From an uncultured Candidatus Binatia bacterium (GTDB lineage: Bacteria; Desulfobacterota; Binatia; Bin18), in assembly GCA_965243855.1 (NCBI GenBank), contig CBDEWE010000003.1, positions 4,750,909 to 4,814,908 of the forward strand: a DNA stretch of 64,000 nucleotides. The letters are read 5' to 3'. Both the position numbers and the translations under genes were made by a program. The notes below the pieces were generated by a model. It was given only the letters and a program-made list of their open reading frames with translations. It was not told where the DNA came from and made no database searches. Positions 55,552-64,000 of this stretch are shown in pieces. The first letter of the stretch is position 1. Each line of letters begins with the position of its first letter.

Positions 55552-57429
55552 ATGTATGAAGCCTTTTACGGTTTTCAGGAAAATCCGTTCCGCCTCACCC
55601 CAGACCCGCGTTACCTCTTTCTGAGCGCCAATCACCAGGAAGCCCTTGGTCACCTCCTATTTGGGGTGAATGAGGGCAATGGCGTGGTGGTCCTGACCGG
55701 AGAAATTGGTGCGGGGAAAACGACGCTCCTGCGGACCCTGGCGAGCGATCTGGATGCGTCGATAACGCTTGCGTATCTCTTTAATCCCGCGCTGTCCGAC
55801 GTCGAACTCTTGCAAGCGATCAATGCCGACCTGGGACTACCGGCCGACTCAACGAGCAAAAGAGAGTTAACCGACGAACTCAACCGTTTTCTTCTCGCCC
55901 AACAGGCTGCGGGACGACGGGTGGTGGTGATTATTGATGAAGCCCAGAATCTGGCAGTGCCGGTTTTAGAACAGCTCCGTCTCCTCTCTAACCTCGAGAC
56001 CGAACAAGAAAAGCTGCTGCACATTATTCTTGCCGGGCAACCAGAACTGCGTGAAATTTTGGCCCAGCCAGAACTTGCCCAACTCGACCAGCGCGTGACC
56101 ATACGCTGGCATCTTGAGCCACTAGGTGTAAAAGAAACCGCAGCCTACGTCCGACACCGGCTCAGCGTTGCCACAGATGGACGAGAAGTCTCGCTTTTTT
56201 CGCCTTCGGCCCTGCGGCGGGTGTACCGTTTTTCGCGCGGTATCCCGCGACTCATCAATATCCTGTGCCACCGTGCGCTCTTGGTTGGTTATACTCAAGA
56301 AGAGTCACACATACGGTCACAGACGATTCGACAGGCGATCAAGGAATTACGTCGCCATACGACTCGTAGCCCGCGCTTTCGCTGGTCGCCGACCACTGCG
56401 ACGATCGCACTCGTTGTTGGCGGATTCCTGCTGGTCTGGGGAAGCTTTGATATTCCTGCGGCGTGGAATCAATTGGACTTGTGGGCATCGCGCGAAGATG
56501 CACAACGCCCTCCCCCAGCGGACACTTTTCCCGTACCGGAAACGCGGCCCGGCGTTTCTCAGGAAGAACAGAAAGGGGCGGAAACACCGTCCTCCACCTT
56601 GGAGCCACGGGTCGGAGACCTTGCGGTTGCACTATCCTCCCCTCAGGAATTATTCCACACGCTCCAGCAGGACGAGATGCTGTCCAGTGCCGTGCGAGCA
56701 ACACGCGAACTGATTGCCACGTGGCAGGGGTCGCCTTTGGAAGAAATTGAGTGGCAAGGCGGGAAACTCGACCTTGCCACCATTGCTGCCGCTCGTCGGC
56801 TTAAGTATCTGCCTGTACGGAGTGATATCCGCCTCCTGACCCTGCTGGACCTGCCAGTGATGATCGGTTTGACTGTTCCACCTTCTCAGCAGACGCGCTT
56901 TGCTCTGATCCGCCAGATGACCGATACCCACTGTCGTATCCGGCTGGAGAGAGATTACGTCGTGCCACTCGAAGCGATTACGCAACGCTGGTTCCGGGAA
57001 GCGCACGTCTTTTGGAAAAACTACGAAGAGATCCGAACAACCCTGGCTATGGGCAGTAGTGGCCCGGCGGTCGAGAAATTGCAAACCCTATTGGCCAACG
57101 TCCCCACGCCGTCTCATAGAGGAACCCTGCGCGTCCATCAGGCGGGAGAGCCGACGCCGTTTTTTGGGCCACAAACGCAGGACGCGGTAGCGCGATTCCA
57201 GAAAATGCAGCGCCTCGTCCCCGACGGGATCGTTGGGCCGCAGACCCTGATTCTCCTGTATCGTCGCCTTCCCGAGTATACGCCGCCGAGTCTGAGTCGA
57301 AGAGAGAGGGTAGAGGGTGCATTTGCCGTTCAATTCCCAACGGGGGTACGGCAAGGAACAGATCTTCCTCTTCGTGGAGAGAGGGCCGAGCCCATCGAGC
57401 AACTGGAGCCTATGGGGAAGGACGCATGA
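55552..57429 (+). CDS. ExeA/GspA-like AAA ATPase with C-terminal peptidoglycan-binding domain
   Basis: Starts MYEAFYGFQENPF. Walker A TGEIGAGKTT, Walker B VVVIIDEAQ. One TM segment. C-terminal PG_binding_1 repeat (VEKLQTLL...DGIVGPQT). Confidence 0.8.
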   Translation: MYEAFYGFQENPFRLTPDPRYLFLSANHQEALGHLLFGVNEGNGVVVLTGEIGAGKTTLLRTLASDLDASITLAYLFNPALSDVELLQAINADLGLPADSTSKRELTDELNRFLLAQQAAGRRVVVIIDEAQNLAVPVLEQLRLLSNLETEQEKLLHIILAGQPELREILAQPELAQLDQRVTIRWHLEPLGVKETAAYVRHRLSVATDGREVSLFSPSALRRVYRFSRGIPRLINILCHRALLVGYTQEESHIRSQTIRQAIKELRRHTTRSPRFRWSPTTATIALVVGGFLLVWGSFDIPAAWNQLDLWASREDAQRPPPADTFPVPETRPGVSQEEQKGAETPSSTLEPRVGDLAVALSSPQELFHTLQQDEMLSSAVRATRELIATWQGSPLEEIEWQGGKLDLATIAAARRLKYLPVRSDIRLLTLLDLPVMIGLTVPPSQQTRFALIRQMTDTHCRIRLERDYVVPLEAITQRWFREAHVFWKNYEEIRTTLAMGSSGPAVEKLQTLLANVPTPSHRGTLRVHQAGEPTPFFGPQTQDAVARFQKMQRLVPDGIVGPQTLILLYRRLPEYTPPSLSRRERVEGAFAVQFPTGVRQGTDLPLRGERAEPIEQLEPMGKDA

Positions 57430-58340
57430 GCACGATACTTGACGCTCTCAGAAAAATTGAAGGAGAAAGACAAGGGCAGAGCGGCAAGGTCCGGACTCGC
57501 GTACTGTTAGGCCCTCCTCGACCGCTCTCTGCTACCCCTCCACACCGGTCTCGGCTGTGGACGGCTGGTATGAGTTTTCTTCTGGTAGGATTAATCGTAG
57601 GCGTATGGATGACCCGTCAGGAAGAAATCCTTCCAGAAGAAGGAGAAACGCCTCATCGCCTCTCAAAAGAAGCGGAACGCCGCTTTCCGCTACCGGTTGT
57701 ACCTGAAAATTCTGGAGATCCCGAGAAAATAGACTCTACCGTCGTGGAGGGGCAAGTCCAAGAAGAACGGGGAAGAATAGGGAGTGCCACTGACACCTCA
57801 CTGCCTGAGCAGCCCCTTGTCCTCTCAGAGCCGTCGCCTCTCCAGGCTTCCCCCTTTGTCTCCTCGCCCCAAGTCGCGCTGCGCACGTCGCTTGTGGACG
57901 CCACCCCCCAGGGGTTTTCCGAGCCAACTGGAGAGAAAGCTGACCAAGCACCTCGAGAGCGTGAAGACAGCGTCCAGCACGTTTCCGAGACGGCAGGTGA
58001 AAGGCTTGAGATCACCCTGGAGAGTGGACCCGAGAAGCAGGCTGGAGAGGCGGAGCGCTCTGAACAAGAACAGCCGCTTGCGTCAGGGAATCCGGTAGAT
58101 ATAGCAGAGCCGGACGAATCGGAAGATGTCTATGATCCAGCCCCAGCCAATTCAGCGGTCAGCTTTCTTCAGTGGTCACCCGAGTCTGCACGACGAAAGG
58201 CCTTTGTCAGGGTCGGAGGGAGCCCGTTAACCCTTGTCCACGAAGGCGATGCTATTGGCGGCTATACGGTCGTTGAAATTCAGCCAAACGCGGTCGCCCT
58301 TCGGTCTAGTATGACCCGCTTTCAAATCCGTGTTCGCTAA
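57426..58340 (+). CDS. GspB/ExeB-like protein
   Basis: N-terminal MSTILDALRK (GspB hallmark), a single TM segment, a Pro/Glu-rich linker, and a GspB_C-like C-terminus. Overlaps the exeA stop by 4 nt. Confidence 0.65.
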   Translation: MSTILDALRKIEGERQGQSGKVRTRVLLGPPRPLSATPPHRSRLWTAGMSFLLVGLIVGVWMTRQEEILPEEGETPHRLSKEAERRFPLPVVPENSGDPEKIDSTVVEGQVQEERGRIGSATDTSLPEQPLVLSEPSPLQASPFVSSPQVALRTSLVDATPQGFSEPTGEKADQAPREREDSVQHVSETAGERLEITLESGPEKQAGEAERSEQEQPLASGNPVDIAEPDESEDVYDPAPANSAVSFLQWSPESARRKAFVRVGGSPLTLVHEGDAIGGYTVVEIQPNAVALRSSMTRFQIRVR

Positions 58341-58382
58341 AGCCTTGACATCTCTCTGTCTGAGGCTGACGGAGGGGAAGAA

Positions 58383-58502
58383 TTACGAAGCTGCGGCCTT
58401 TCTGACCTTCGCCTCCGCCTTGAGCTCTTTGATGCGGCGCTTGAGTGCTTTTTCGCGGCGTTTGCGGCGTCGACGAATTTCCTGATCTCTTTCTCTATGC
58501 AT
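58383..58502 (-). CDS. candidate small hyper-basic protein (39 aa), missed by the 60-aa ORF track
   Basis: MHRERDQEIRRRRKRREKALKRRIKELKAEAKVRKAAAS. AGGAGA SD 4 nt upstream. Lies between the gspB-like and minC genes. Confidence 0.3.
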   Translation of the reverse strand: MHRERDQEIRRRRKRREKALKRRIKELKAEAKVRKAAAS

Positions 58503-58633
58503 GGTCTCTCCTGGTCTTCTCTCCGATTGCTCTTACAGGTGTTTCCGTAAACTTGAAGCGGACACTATACCCGTCTCAACCCGGCCTGAAAACAGGGTTA
58601 AACTTTCTCGGTGGGAAAAAGGCGAGCTACTAG

Positions 58634-59431
58634 ATGTTGTGGACTATATATTTTTCTGCTACAGGGAGTTGTGGATGGTCTGGAATCAACTATACCAGCA
58701 TCCAAACGAACGAGCGGGTGGAGTTGGTCGTGTCACAGGGGGGAACCTCGTTATTTTCCATAAAAGGACTCAAGGAAGGTCCTACTCTTCTCTTCGATAA
58801 CCATGCTCCGTTTGCCGATGTCGTTGCAGCGGTTGAGGAAGAATTAGCGCGGGCGAATGGTTTCTTTCGCGGCTCCCCTATCGTACTGCACTTTGGGGAC
58901 CGTTTCCTGCAAAAAGAAGAATGGTGGCACCTGAAGGAGGCCCTCCACCGAGAAGAGGTGCTGCTGCGCTATGTGGTTTCAAACAATGCTGCTAGCAGGA
59001 AGATGTTATATAAGGAAGGGCTGTCCGTCCGGGAGAATCTGCCGTCGCCCCGGAAGGAAAAAACGGATCAAGACACTATTCCGCCTGAAGGACAGCGGGC
59101 ATCATATCTGCGCCACGGGATGCGGGGCGGACAGAAAGAAGTTTTTGATGGAGATGTGATCCTGGCTGGTGATGTGAACCAAGGGGCGGAAATCATCGCA
59201 GGTGGGGATGTGGTTGTGATAGGAACGCTACGCGGAGTCGTCCACGCCGGCTATCCCGATAACGACGGGGCTGTGGTTATCGCGCTCAACCTGACGCCGT
59301 TACAGCTCAGAATTGGACCCTTGATCGCCATTCCAGAAGAAGGGCAAAACCACCGCGGTGTACTCCACCCGGAAGTCGCCCGGGTTCTGGATGATCAGAT
59401 CGTGATTGAACCGTATAACGGGAAGCTATAG
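58634..59431 (+). CDS. minC: septum site-determining protein MinC
   Basis: C-terminal beta-helix repeats (GDVNQGAEIIAGGDVVVIGTLRGVVHAG). The start is uncertain: a GTG near 58712 is possible. Confidence 0.75.
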   Translation: MLWTIYFSATGSCGWSGINYTSIQTNERVELVVSQGGTSLFSIKGLKEGPTLLFDNHAPFADVVAAVEEELARANGFFRGSPIVLHFGDRFLQKEEWWHLKEALHREEVLLRYVVSNNAASRKMLYKEGLSVRENLPSPRKEKTDQDTIPPEGQRASYLRHGMRGGQKEVFDGDVILAGDVNQGAEIIAGGDVVVIGTLRGVVHAGYPDNDGAVVIALNLTPLQLRIGPLIAIPEEGQNHRGVLHPEVARVLDDQIVIEPYNGKL

Positions 59432-59443
59432 GAGAGGTGAGCC

Positions 59444-60238
59444 ATGAGTGGACGAGCTATCGTCGTTACCTCGGGCAAGGGAGGGGTCGGGAAAACGACC
59501 GCGACCGCAAATATCGGCCTTGGTCTCGCCAGCCAGGGGAAAAAGGTTGTGATGATTGATGGAGATATCGGGTTGCGCAACCTTGACCTTACTATGGGGG
59601 TCGAAAACCGGGTCGTCTACAATATCGTTGACGTGGTGAGCGGGCGCTGTCAGCCGAGGCAGGCTCTGGTCAAGGACAAGCGGATTTCGAACCTTTTTCT
59701 GATTCCAGCCTCGCAGATTGATCAGAAGGAGGCGATTAATGCCGACCAGATGCGGGATTTGTCTGTGCAGTTGAAGGAGGAATTCGATTTTGTCCTCATA
59801 GACTGCCCGGCCGGGATTGAGCAGGGGTTCCGAAACGCGGTGGCGGCGGCAGATGAGGCGATTGTGGTGACGACACCAGATGTCTCTCCGGTCCGTGATG
59901 CAGACCGGGTCATTGGTCTGCTGCAGAGCTCGCTCGGCGAACCGCAACTTATTATCAATCGTATGTCCATGGCCATGGTAAAGCGGGGGGACATGCTCGA
60001 CCAACAAGATGTGTTAGACATCTTGGCCGTCCGTCTCCTTGGGATTGTCCCCGAAGATGAAGCAGTCGTGATTGCCGGTAACAAGGGGACCCCGGTCGTC
60101 CTGAACGGCGGCTCGCCGTCTGGTGATGCCTACGGGCGTATCGCGCGCAGGATTCTTGGGGAAGACGTTCCGATTCCCGAGTTGAATGGCCACTCCAGTT
60201 TCGCCCAGCGAATCGGGAAATTTATCTTTGGGAGATAA
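59444..60238 (+). CDS. minD: septum site-determining ATPase MinD
   Basis: 264 aa. Deviant Walker A VTSGKGGVGKTT, and a C-terminal amphipathic helix. Confidence 0.95.
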   Translation: MSGRAIVVTSGKGGVGKTTATANIGLGLASQGKKVVMIDGDIGLRNLDLTMGVENRVVYNIVDVVSGRCQPRQALVKDKRISNLFLIPASQIDQKEAINADQMRDLSVQLKEEFDFVLIDCPAGIEQGFRNAVAAADEAIVVTTPDVSPVRDADRVIGLLQSSLGEPQLIINRMSMAMVKRGDMLDQQDVLDILAVRLLGIVPEDEAVVIAGNKGTPVVLNGGSPSGDAYGRIARRILGEDVPIPELNGHSSFAQRIGKFIFGR

Positions 60239-60241
60239 GCT

Positions 60242-60529
60242 ATGACATTAACGGAACGCATCCAGCTTTTTTTTGGTAAGGGTGGAAGTGGAAGTAAGGA
60301 CGCGGCAAAGAATCGTCTCCTCCTGGTTTTACAAGACGACCGGCTTGGTTTGACTGGGGAAAAGAAGGAAGCCTTGCGGAAAGACATCCTTGCGGCAATT
60401 CGGAAGCATCTCGATATCGACGCGGAGGGCTTCACCATGGAGTTTATGTCCAGCTCAGCAGATCAGAAGGAGATGCGGGTCACCGCCCCCGTACAGCTTG
60501 GCCGGGGGGCAGTGAACCTCTCAAAATAA
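60242..60529 (+). CDS. minE: cell division topological specificity factor MinE
   Basis: 95 aa. Starts MTLTERIQLFFGK. Has the anti-MinCD and topological-specificity domains. Confidence 0.9.
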   Translation: MTLTERIQLFFGKGGSGSKDAAKNRLLLVLQDDRLGLTGEKKEALRKDILAAIRKHLDIDAEGFTMEFMSSSADQKEMRVTAPVQLGRGAVNLSK

Positions 60530-60565
60530 GTACGGTTAAAAGCCGATTGGAGTAATAGGACGGAC

Positions 60566-60597
60566 TGAAAAGGGCGACGAGAGTCGCCCTTTTTCTT
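60566..60597. terminator. bidirectional Rho-independent terminator (minE / hslU convergent)
   Basis: gaaaaGGGCGAC-gaga-GTCGCCCtttttctt. Confidence 0.65.
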
Positions 60598-60639
60598 GTG
60601 TCCCCTCTTTTCTTCCAGGGAGAGGCGGTTCTGCGATGT

Positions 60640-62028
60640 CTATAGAATATAGCGGGACAAGTCTTGATCTTTGACGATCGCATCCAGCTTGTCCCGGACA
60701 TAATTGGCATCAATCGGCAGCTCCCGCCCGCTCAATTCTGGAGCGTCAAAGGAGAGGTCCTCGACCAGCCGTTCGACTACCGTGTGCAGTCGCCGCGCCC
60801 CGATGTTCTCAGTCCGTTCATTCACGGTGGCGGCAATCTGGGCAATCTGTTCTACGGCGTCGGTCGTAAAGTTGAGCCTGACGTCTTCTGTGTCGAGTAA
60901 AGCGACATACTGGGTCAGTAGCGCGTTTTTTGGTTCGGTCAGGATTCGAACAAAGTCTCCGTGCGTCAGAGGTTCCAACTCCACACGAATCGGGAAACGC
61001 CCCTGAAATTCCGGAATCAGGTCTGAGGGTTTGGCGGTATGAAATGCGCCCGACGCAACGAAAAGGATGTGGTCGGTACGGACCATGCCATATTTAGTGT
61101 TAACGGTGCAGCCTTCGACCAGCGGCAGCAGGTCACGCTGAACACCCTGGCGGGAGACATCTGCGCCATGAGTGTTCTCTCGGCCGGCAATTTTATCGAT
61201 TTCATCAATAAAGATGATGCCAGTCTGCTCGACCCGACGAATGGCCTCCTGGACAACCGCGTCCATATCAACCAGCTTATCGGCCTCTTCGACCGTCAGA
61301 ATCTCGAGCGCTTCCGGGACCTTCACGCGGCGTTTCTTGGTTTGCTTGGGCATCATATTGGAGAACATCTCTTTGAGCTGATTCTCCATTTCTTCCATAC
61401 CCTGAGGGGCCATGACTTCGACAAAGGGGGCGGCCGAGCGGGTAATTTCAAGCTCTACCTCTCGCTCATCCAGTTTCCCTTCGTGGAGCATGCGGCGCAT
61501 TTTTTCTCGGGTGCTGTGTCTGGCGCTTGCGGCTCCCTCCTCACTCAGGCTGGACGCGGACGGCGTTGGAGGAAGCAGGAGGTCGAGAAGCTGCTCTTCC
61601 GCCTGGGCGTGGGCCTTGACTTGAATCCGTTCCTTTTCTTCCTGCTTGACCAGGCCGACGGCGAGTTCTGTCAGATCCCGTACCATAGATTCGACATCGC
61701 GTCCCACATAGCCGACCTCGGTAAACTTTGAGGCCTCCACTTTGATAAACGGAGCCTGTGCCAGACGCGCCAAACGACGAGCGATCTCGGTTTTGCCAAC
61801 CCCGGTCGGACCGATCATCAAAATATTTTTCGGGGCGATCTCGTCCCGTAAATCTTCCGGGACTTGCTGACGTCTCCAGCGATTCCGCAACGCAATCGCA
61901 ACGGAACGTTTGGCTTTCGCTTGGCCAATAATATACCGGTCCAGCTCAGAGACGATTTCTCGCGGGGTCATAACCGGGGGACCTGTGTCTTGAACGAGTA
62001 CGGGTGCCCCGTCGACGACATCCGTCAT
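60640..62028 (-). CDS. hslU: ATP-dependent protease ATPase subunit HslU
   Basis: 462 aa. [15 protein letters not shown], and the I-domain insertion. Confidence 0.95.
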   Translation of the reverse strand: MTDVVDGAPVLVQDTGPPVMTPREIVSELDRYIIGQAKAKRSVAIALRNRWRRQQVPEDLRDEIAPKNILMIGPTGVGKTEIARRLARLAQAPFIKVEASKFTEVGYVGRDVESMVRDLTELAVGLVKQEEKERIQVKAHAQAEEQLLDLLLPPTPSASSLSEEGAASARHSTREKMRRMLHEGKLDEREVELEITRSAAPFVEVMAPQGMEEMENQLKEMFSNMMPKQTKKRRVKVPEALEILTVEEADKLVDMDAVVQEAIRRVEQTGIIFIDEIDKIAGRENTHGADVSRQGVQRDLLPLVEGCTVNTKYGMVRTDHILFVASGAFHTAKPSDLIPEFQGRFPIRVELEPLTHGDFVRILTEPKNALLTQYVALLDTEDVRLNFTTDAVEQIAQIAATVNERTENIGARRLHTVVERLVEDLSFDAPELSGRELPIDANYVRDKLDAIVKDQDLSRYIL

Positions 62029-62029
62029 C

Positions 62030-62554
62030 TTATAGCTCCTCCACTACAATCTGATCGTTGGTGTATACGCAGATAGCTCCGGCGATGCGCATGGCCTCCT
62101 CAACAATCCGGACTGCATCCAGAGGCGTATGGGCGACTAATGCGCGGGCCGCTGCCAGGGCATAATTGCCGCCCGACCCAATGGCGAGAACGCCGTCGTC
62201 GGGTTCAAGCACATCTCCGCTCCCGGAGATCAGCAGAGACGACTCATGATCAACGACCGCCATGAGCGCTTCAAGGCGCCGTAAGACCCGGTCCGCACGC
62301 CAGTCCCGTGCCAGTTCGACTGCGGCCCGCCGGAGGTTGCCATTATATTCTTCCAGCTTGCCTTCAAATTTTTCGCACAGGGTAATGGCGTCCGCCGTCC
62401 CGCCCGCAAAGCCCGCCAGAATGCGATCCTTATACAAACGGCGTACTTTCCGTGCGGCGTGCTTGACGACAGTGTCTCCAAGGCTGACCTGCCCGTCTCC
62501 CGCCATGGCAACCTTGCCGTCACGGCGGACGGTGAGAATAGTTGTCCCGTGCAT
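62030..62554 (-). CDS. hslV: ATP-dependent protease subunit HslV
   Basis: [21 protein letters not shown]. Start at M11 of the track ORF (MHGTTIL) exposes the N-terminal Thr after Met removal. Confidence 0.9.
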   Translation of the reverse strand: MHGTTILTVRRDGKVAMAGDGQVSLGDTVVKHAARKVRRLYKDRILAGFAGGTADAITLCEKFEGKLEEYNGNLRRAAVELARDWRADRVLRRLEALMAVVDHESSLLISGSGDVLEPDDGVLAIGSGGNYALAAARALVAHTPLDAVRIVEEAMRIAGAICVYTNDQIVVEEL

Positions 62555-62668
62555 GGATGCGCTCACCGTATGTCCTCCAACCACCGGATATTCATAGCAT
62601 AGAGTCTTGAATGAACTATTGCAGGCGACGTTATAGAGGATGCAGGGGATGAGTCACAAGAGGTCAGC

Positions 62669-63613
62669 TCAGGCTCGCGGGTGCGCCTTGTCATACACTT
62701 GGGTGAGGCGGTCTAAATTGACGTGGGTGTAGCGCTGTGTGGTGGACAGGCTGGAATGCCCCAGTAACTCCTGAATCGCCCGCAGGTCAGCTCCCGCATC
62801 AAGCAAATGGGTCGCAAAGGTGTGGCGCAGTGCGTGAGGACTGATCTTGTGGGCCAGACCGCACTGCTTGGCATAGCTGGCCACAAGTCGAGCCACACTC
62901 CGAGGAGTTAAGCGTCCACCGCGTTGGTTGAGAAAAACCGGCTTGGCGACACCTGCCGACACATCGTGGGACGTTGGTTGATAATTATTGCCGAGCAAGG
63001 CCGGAATCTCTGACCGATACCGGTGTAGCGCGTCAAGCGCCGTGCGGCCAATCGGCACAATCCGTTCCTTCTGCCCCTTCCCCTTCACCCGTAGGACTTC
63101 AAGGTTGGGATCAATATCCTCCCAGTTCAGGCCGGTTAATTCACTGACACGGAGCCCGCACGAATAGAGCACTTCGAGTATGGCCCGGTCACGTAGCTCG
63201 GCGGGAGTAGCCGGTGCGGGAGTGTCTAGGAGCCGAAACATATCGTCAACCGGGAGATAGGTCGGAAGGGGGTGGTCTTGCTTGGGCGAACTCAGGTGCA
63301 GGGTCGGGTCTTGGTCAATCACGGCCTCACGCAGCAAGAAGCGAAAAAAGCTCTTGAGTGCCGAGAGCTTCCGACTAATCGAGCTTTTCGTATGCTGTCG
63401 ATACAAGGTGGACAAAAAGGCCTGAATGATGTGGTGGCTGATCTGGGTAACATCGACCTGTCCACGCTCAGCCTGTTCTGTCGGCTTTTCAACAAAAGCG
63501 AAGAATTGATGCAGATCGCTGCAGTAGTTCCGCAGGGTATGGGTAGAGACATTTTTCTCTACCTCCAGATAGACGGTATAGCGGTCAAACAATTCGTGGA
63601 GTTCTGGGGTCAT
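62669..63613 (-). CDS. xerC: tyrosine site-specific recombinase XerC (XerC/XerD family)
   Basis: 314 aa. Catalytic R...K...HxxR...Y (LRHTFATHLL...GHSSLSTTQRYTHV). Sits upstream of hslVU as in many proteobacteria. Confidence 0.8.
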   Translation of the reverse strand: MTPELHELFDRYTVYLEVEKNVSTHTLRNYCSDLHQFFAFVEKPTEQAERGQVDVTQISHHIIQAFLSTLYRQHTKSSISRKLSALKSFFRFLLREAVIDQDPTLHLSSPKQDHPLPTYLPVDDMFRLLDTPAPATPAELRDRAILEVLYSCGLRVSELTGLNWEDIDPNLEVLRVKGKGQKERIVPIGRTALDALHRYRSEIPALLGNNYQPTSHDVSAGVAKPVFLNQRGGRLTPRSVARLVASYAKQCGLAHKISPHALRHTFATHLLDAGADLRAIQELLGHSSLSTTQRYTHVNLDRLTQVYDKAHPRA

Positions 63614-63744
63614 GAGAATTTCAATTTGCCGCTTTCAATGGTATCAACAAGTCCGGTTTGAAGAAAGTGAGGAGGGAGACGGCCTATGATGAAAAAACGA
63701 ATTGCGCGCCGGATAGTGTAGAGAAAGGGAAAAACGGGGGCGGT

Positions 63745-64000
63745 GGTGCGAGTCTGTTATCAGTGCCAGGCAGAAATATCTCTCGAAGAGCCCATTGGAC
63801 GACGCGACACGTGTACAGGGTGCGGGGCTGACGTGCGTTGCTGTCTCAATTGTACCTTTTATGATGTGCGTTCTGCTGACGCGTGCCGTGAACCACAGGC
63901 CGATCTCGTCCAGCATAAGGACGCTGCAAATTTTTGTGAATTCTTTGCCCTCAGGAATACGCAGCCGAGTCTGGCTCGTCCATCCGCAGCAGACGCCCGG
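63745..64000 (+). CDS. cysteine-rich zinc-ribbon-like protein, 5' partial (runs off the window edge)
   Basis: VVRVCYQCQAEISLEEPIGRRDTCTGCGADVRCCLNCTFYDVRSADACREPQAD... has four or more CxxC-type pairs. GTG start. Preceded in frame by a short SD-led ORF (MMKKRIARRIV) and a single TAG. Confidence 0.35.

Overview
This 64-kb window is about 60% GC and tightly packed with genes. It looks like a Gram-negative bacterial chromosome: there are TonB-dependent receptors, MinCDE, HslVU-XerC and an ExeA/GspB pair. The organism probably uses deazaflavin-type redox chemistry, because there are four luciferase-like monooxygenase (LLM) oxidoreductases and a DUF385 (Ddn-like) reductase. No rRNA, tRNA or CRISPR array was found.

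The central ~20 kb (25-45 kb) is a large catabolic cluster. It contains three family-III CoA-transferases elsewhere and here, several amidohydrolases, an amidase with a GatC/AtzG-like small subunit, a Rieske oxygenase alpha subunit, and LigAB-type extradiol dioxygenase genes.

The most striking element is a compact four-gene operon at 16.9-24.1 kb encoding NurA-like, HerA-like, SbcD (Mre11) and SbcC (Rad50, with a zinc hook) proteins. This matches the archaeal gene set for DNA end resection, sits between two MaoC hot-dog genes, and includes a HerA paralogue with a deviant P-loop. I propose it as the candidate novel system.

Other signals the gene calls do not explain:
- A decayed ~55-bp duplicate of the tam 5' end, bracketing a 1.65-kb insertion that carries an HTTM (vitamin-K gamma-carboxylase-like) membrane protein and an unknown partner.
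- An AT-rich 650-bp islet with a 35-aa membrane peptide and a lipoprotein.
- A family of ~52-bp palindromic elements with conserved arms AAGAGKAAACGT/ACGTTTMCTCTT, in three copies (after ligB, and on both sides of purM).
- GC-rich multi-hairpin intergenic elements sharing GGGGTGGG...CCCACCCC.
- A 39-aa hyper-basic small ORF that the ORF track missed.
- At the right edge, a short SD-led ORF followed in frame (after one TAG) by a cysteine-rich zinc-ribbon ORF.

Coordinates that I located by hand rather than from the ORF track may be off by 1-3 nt.
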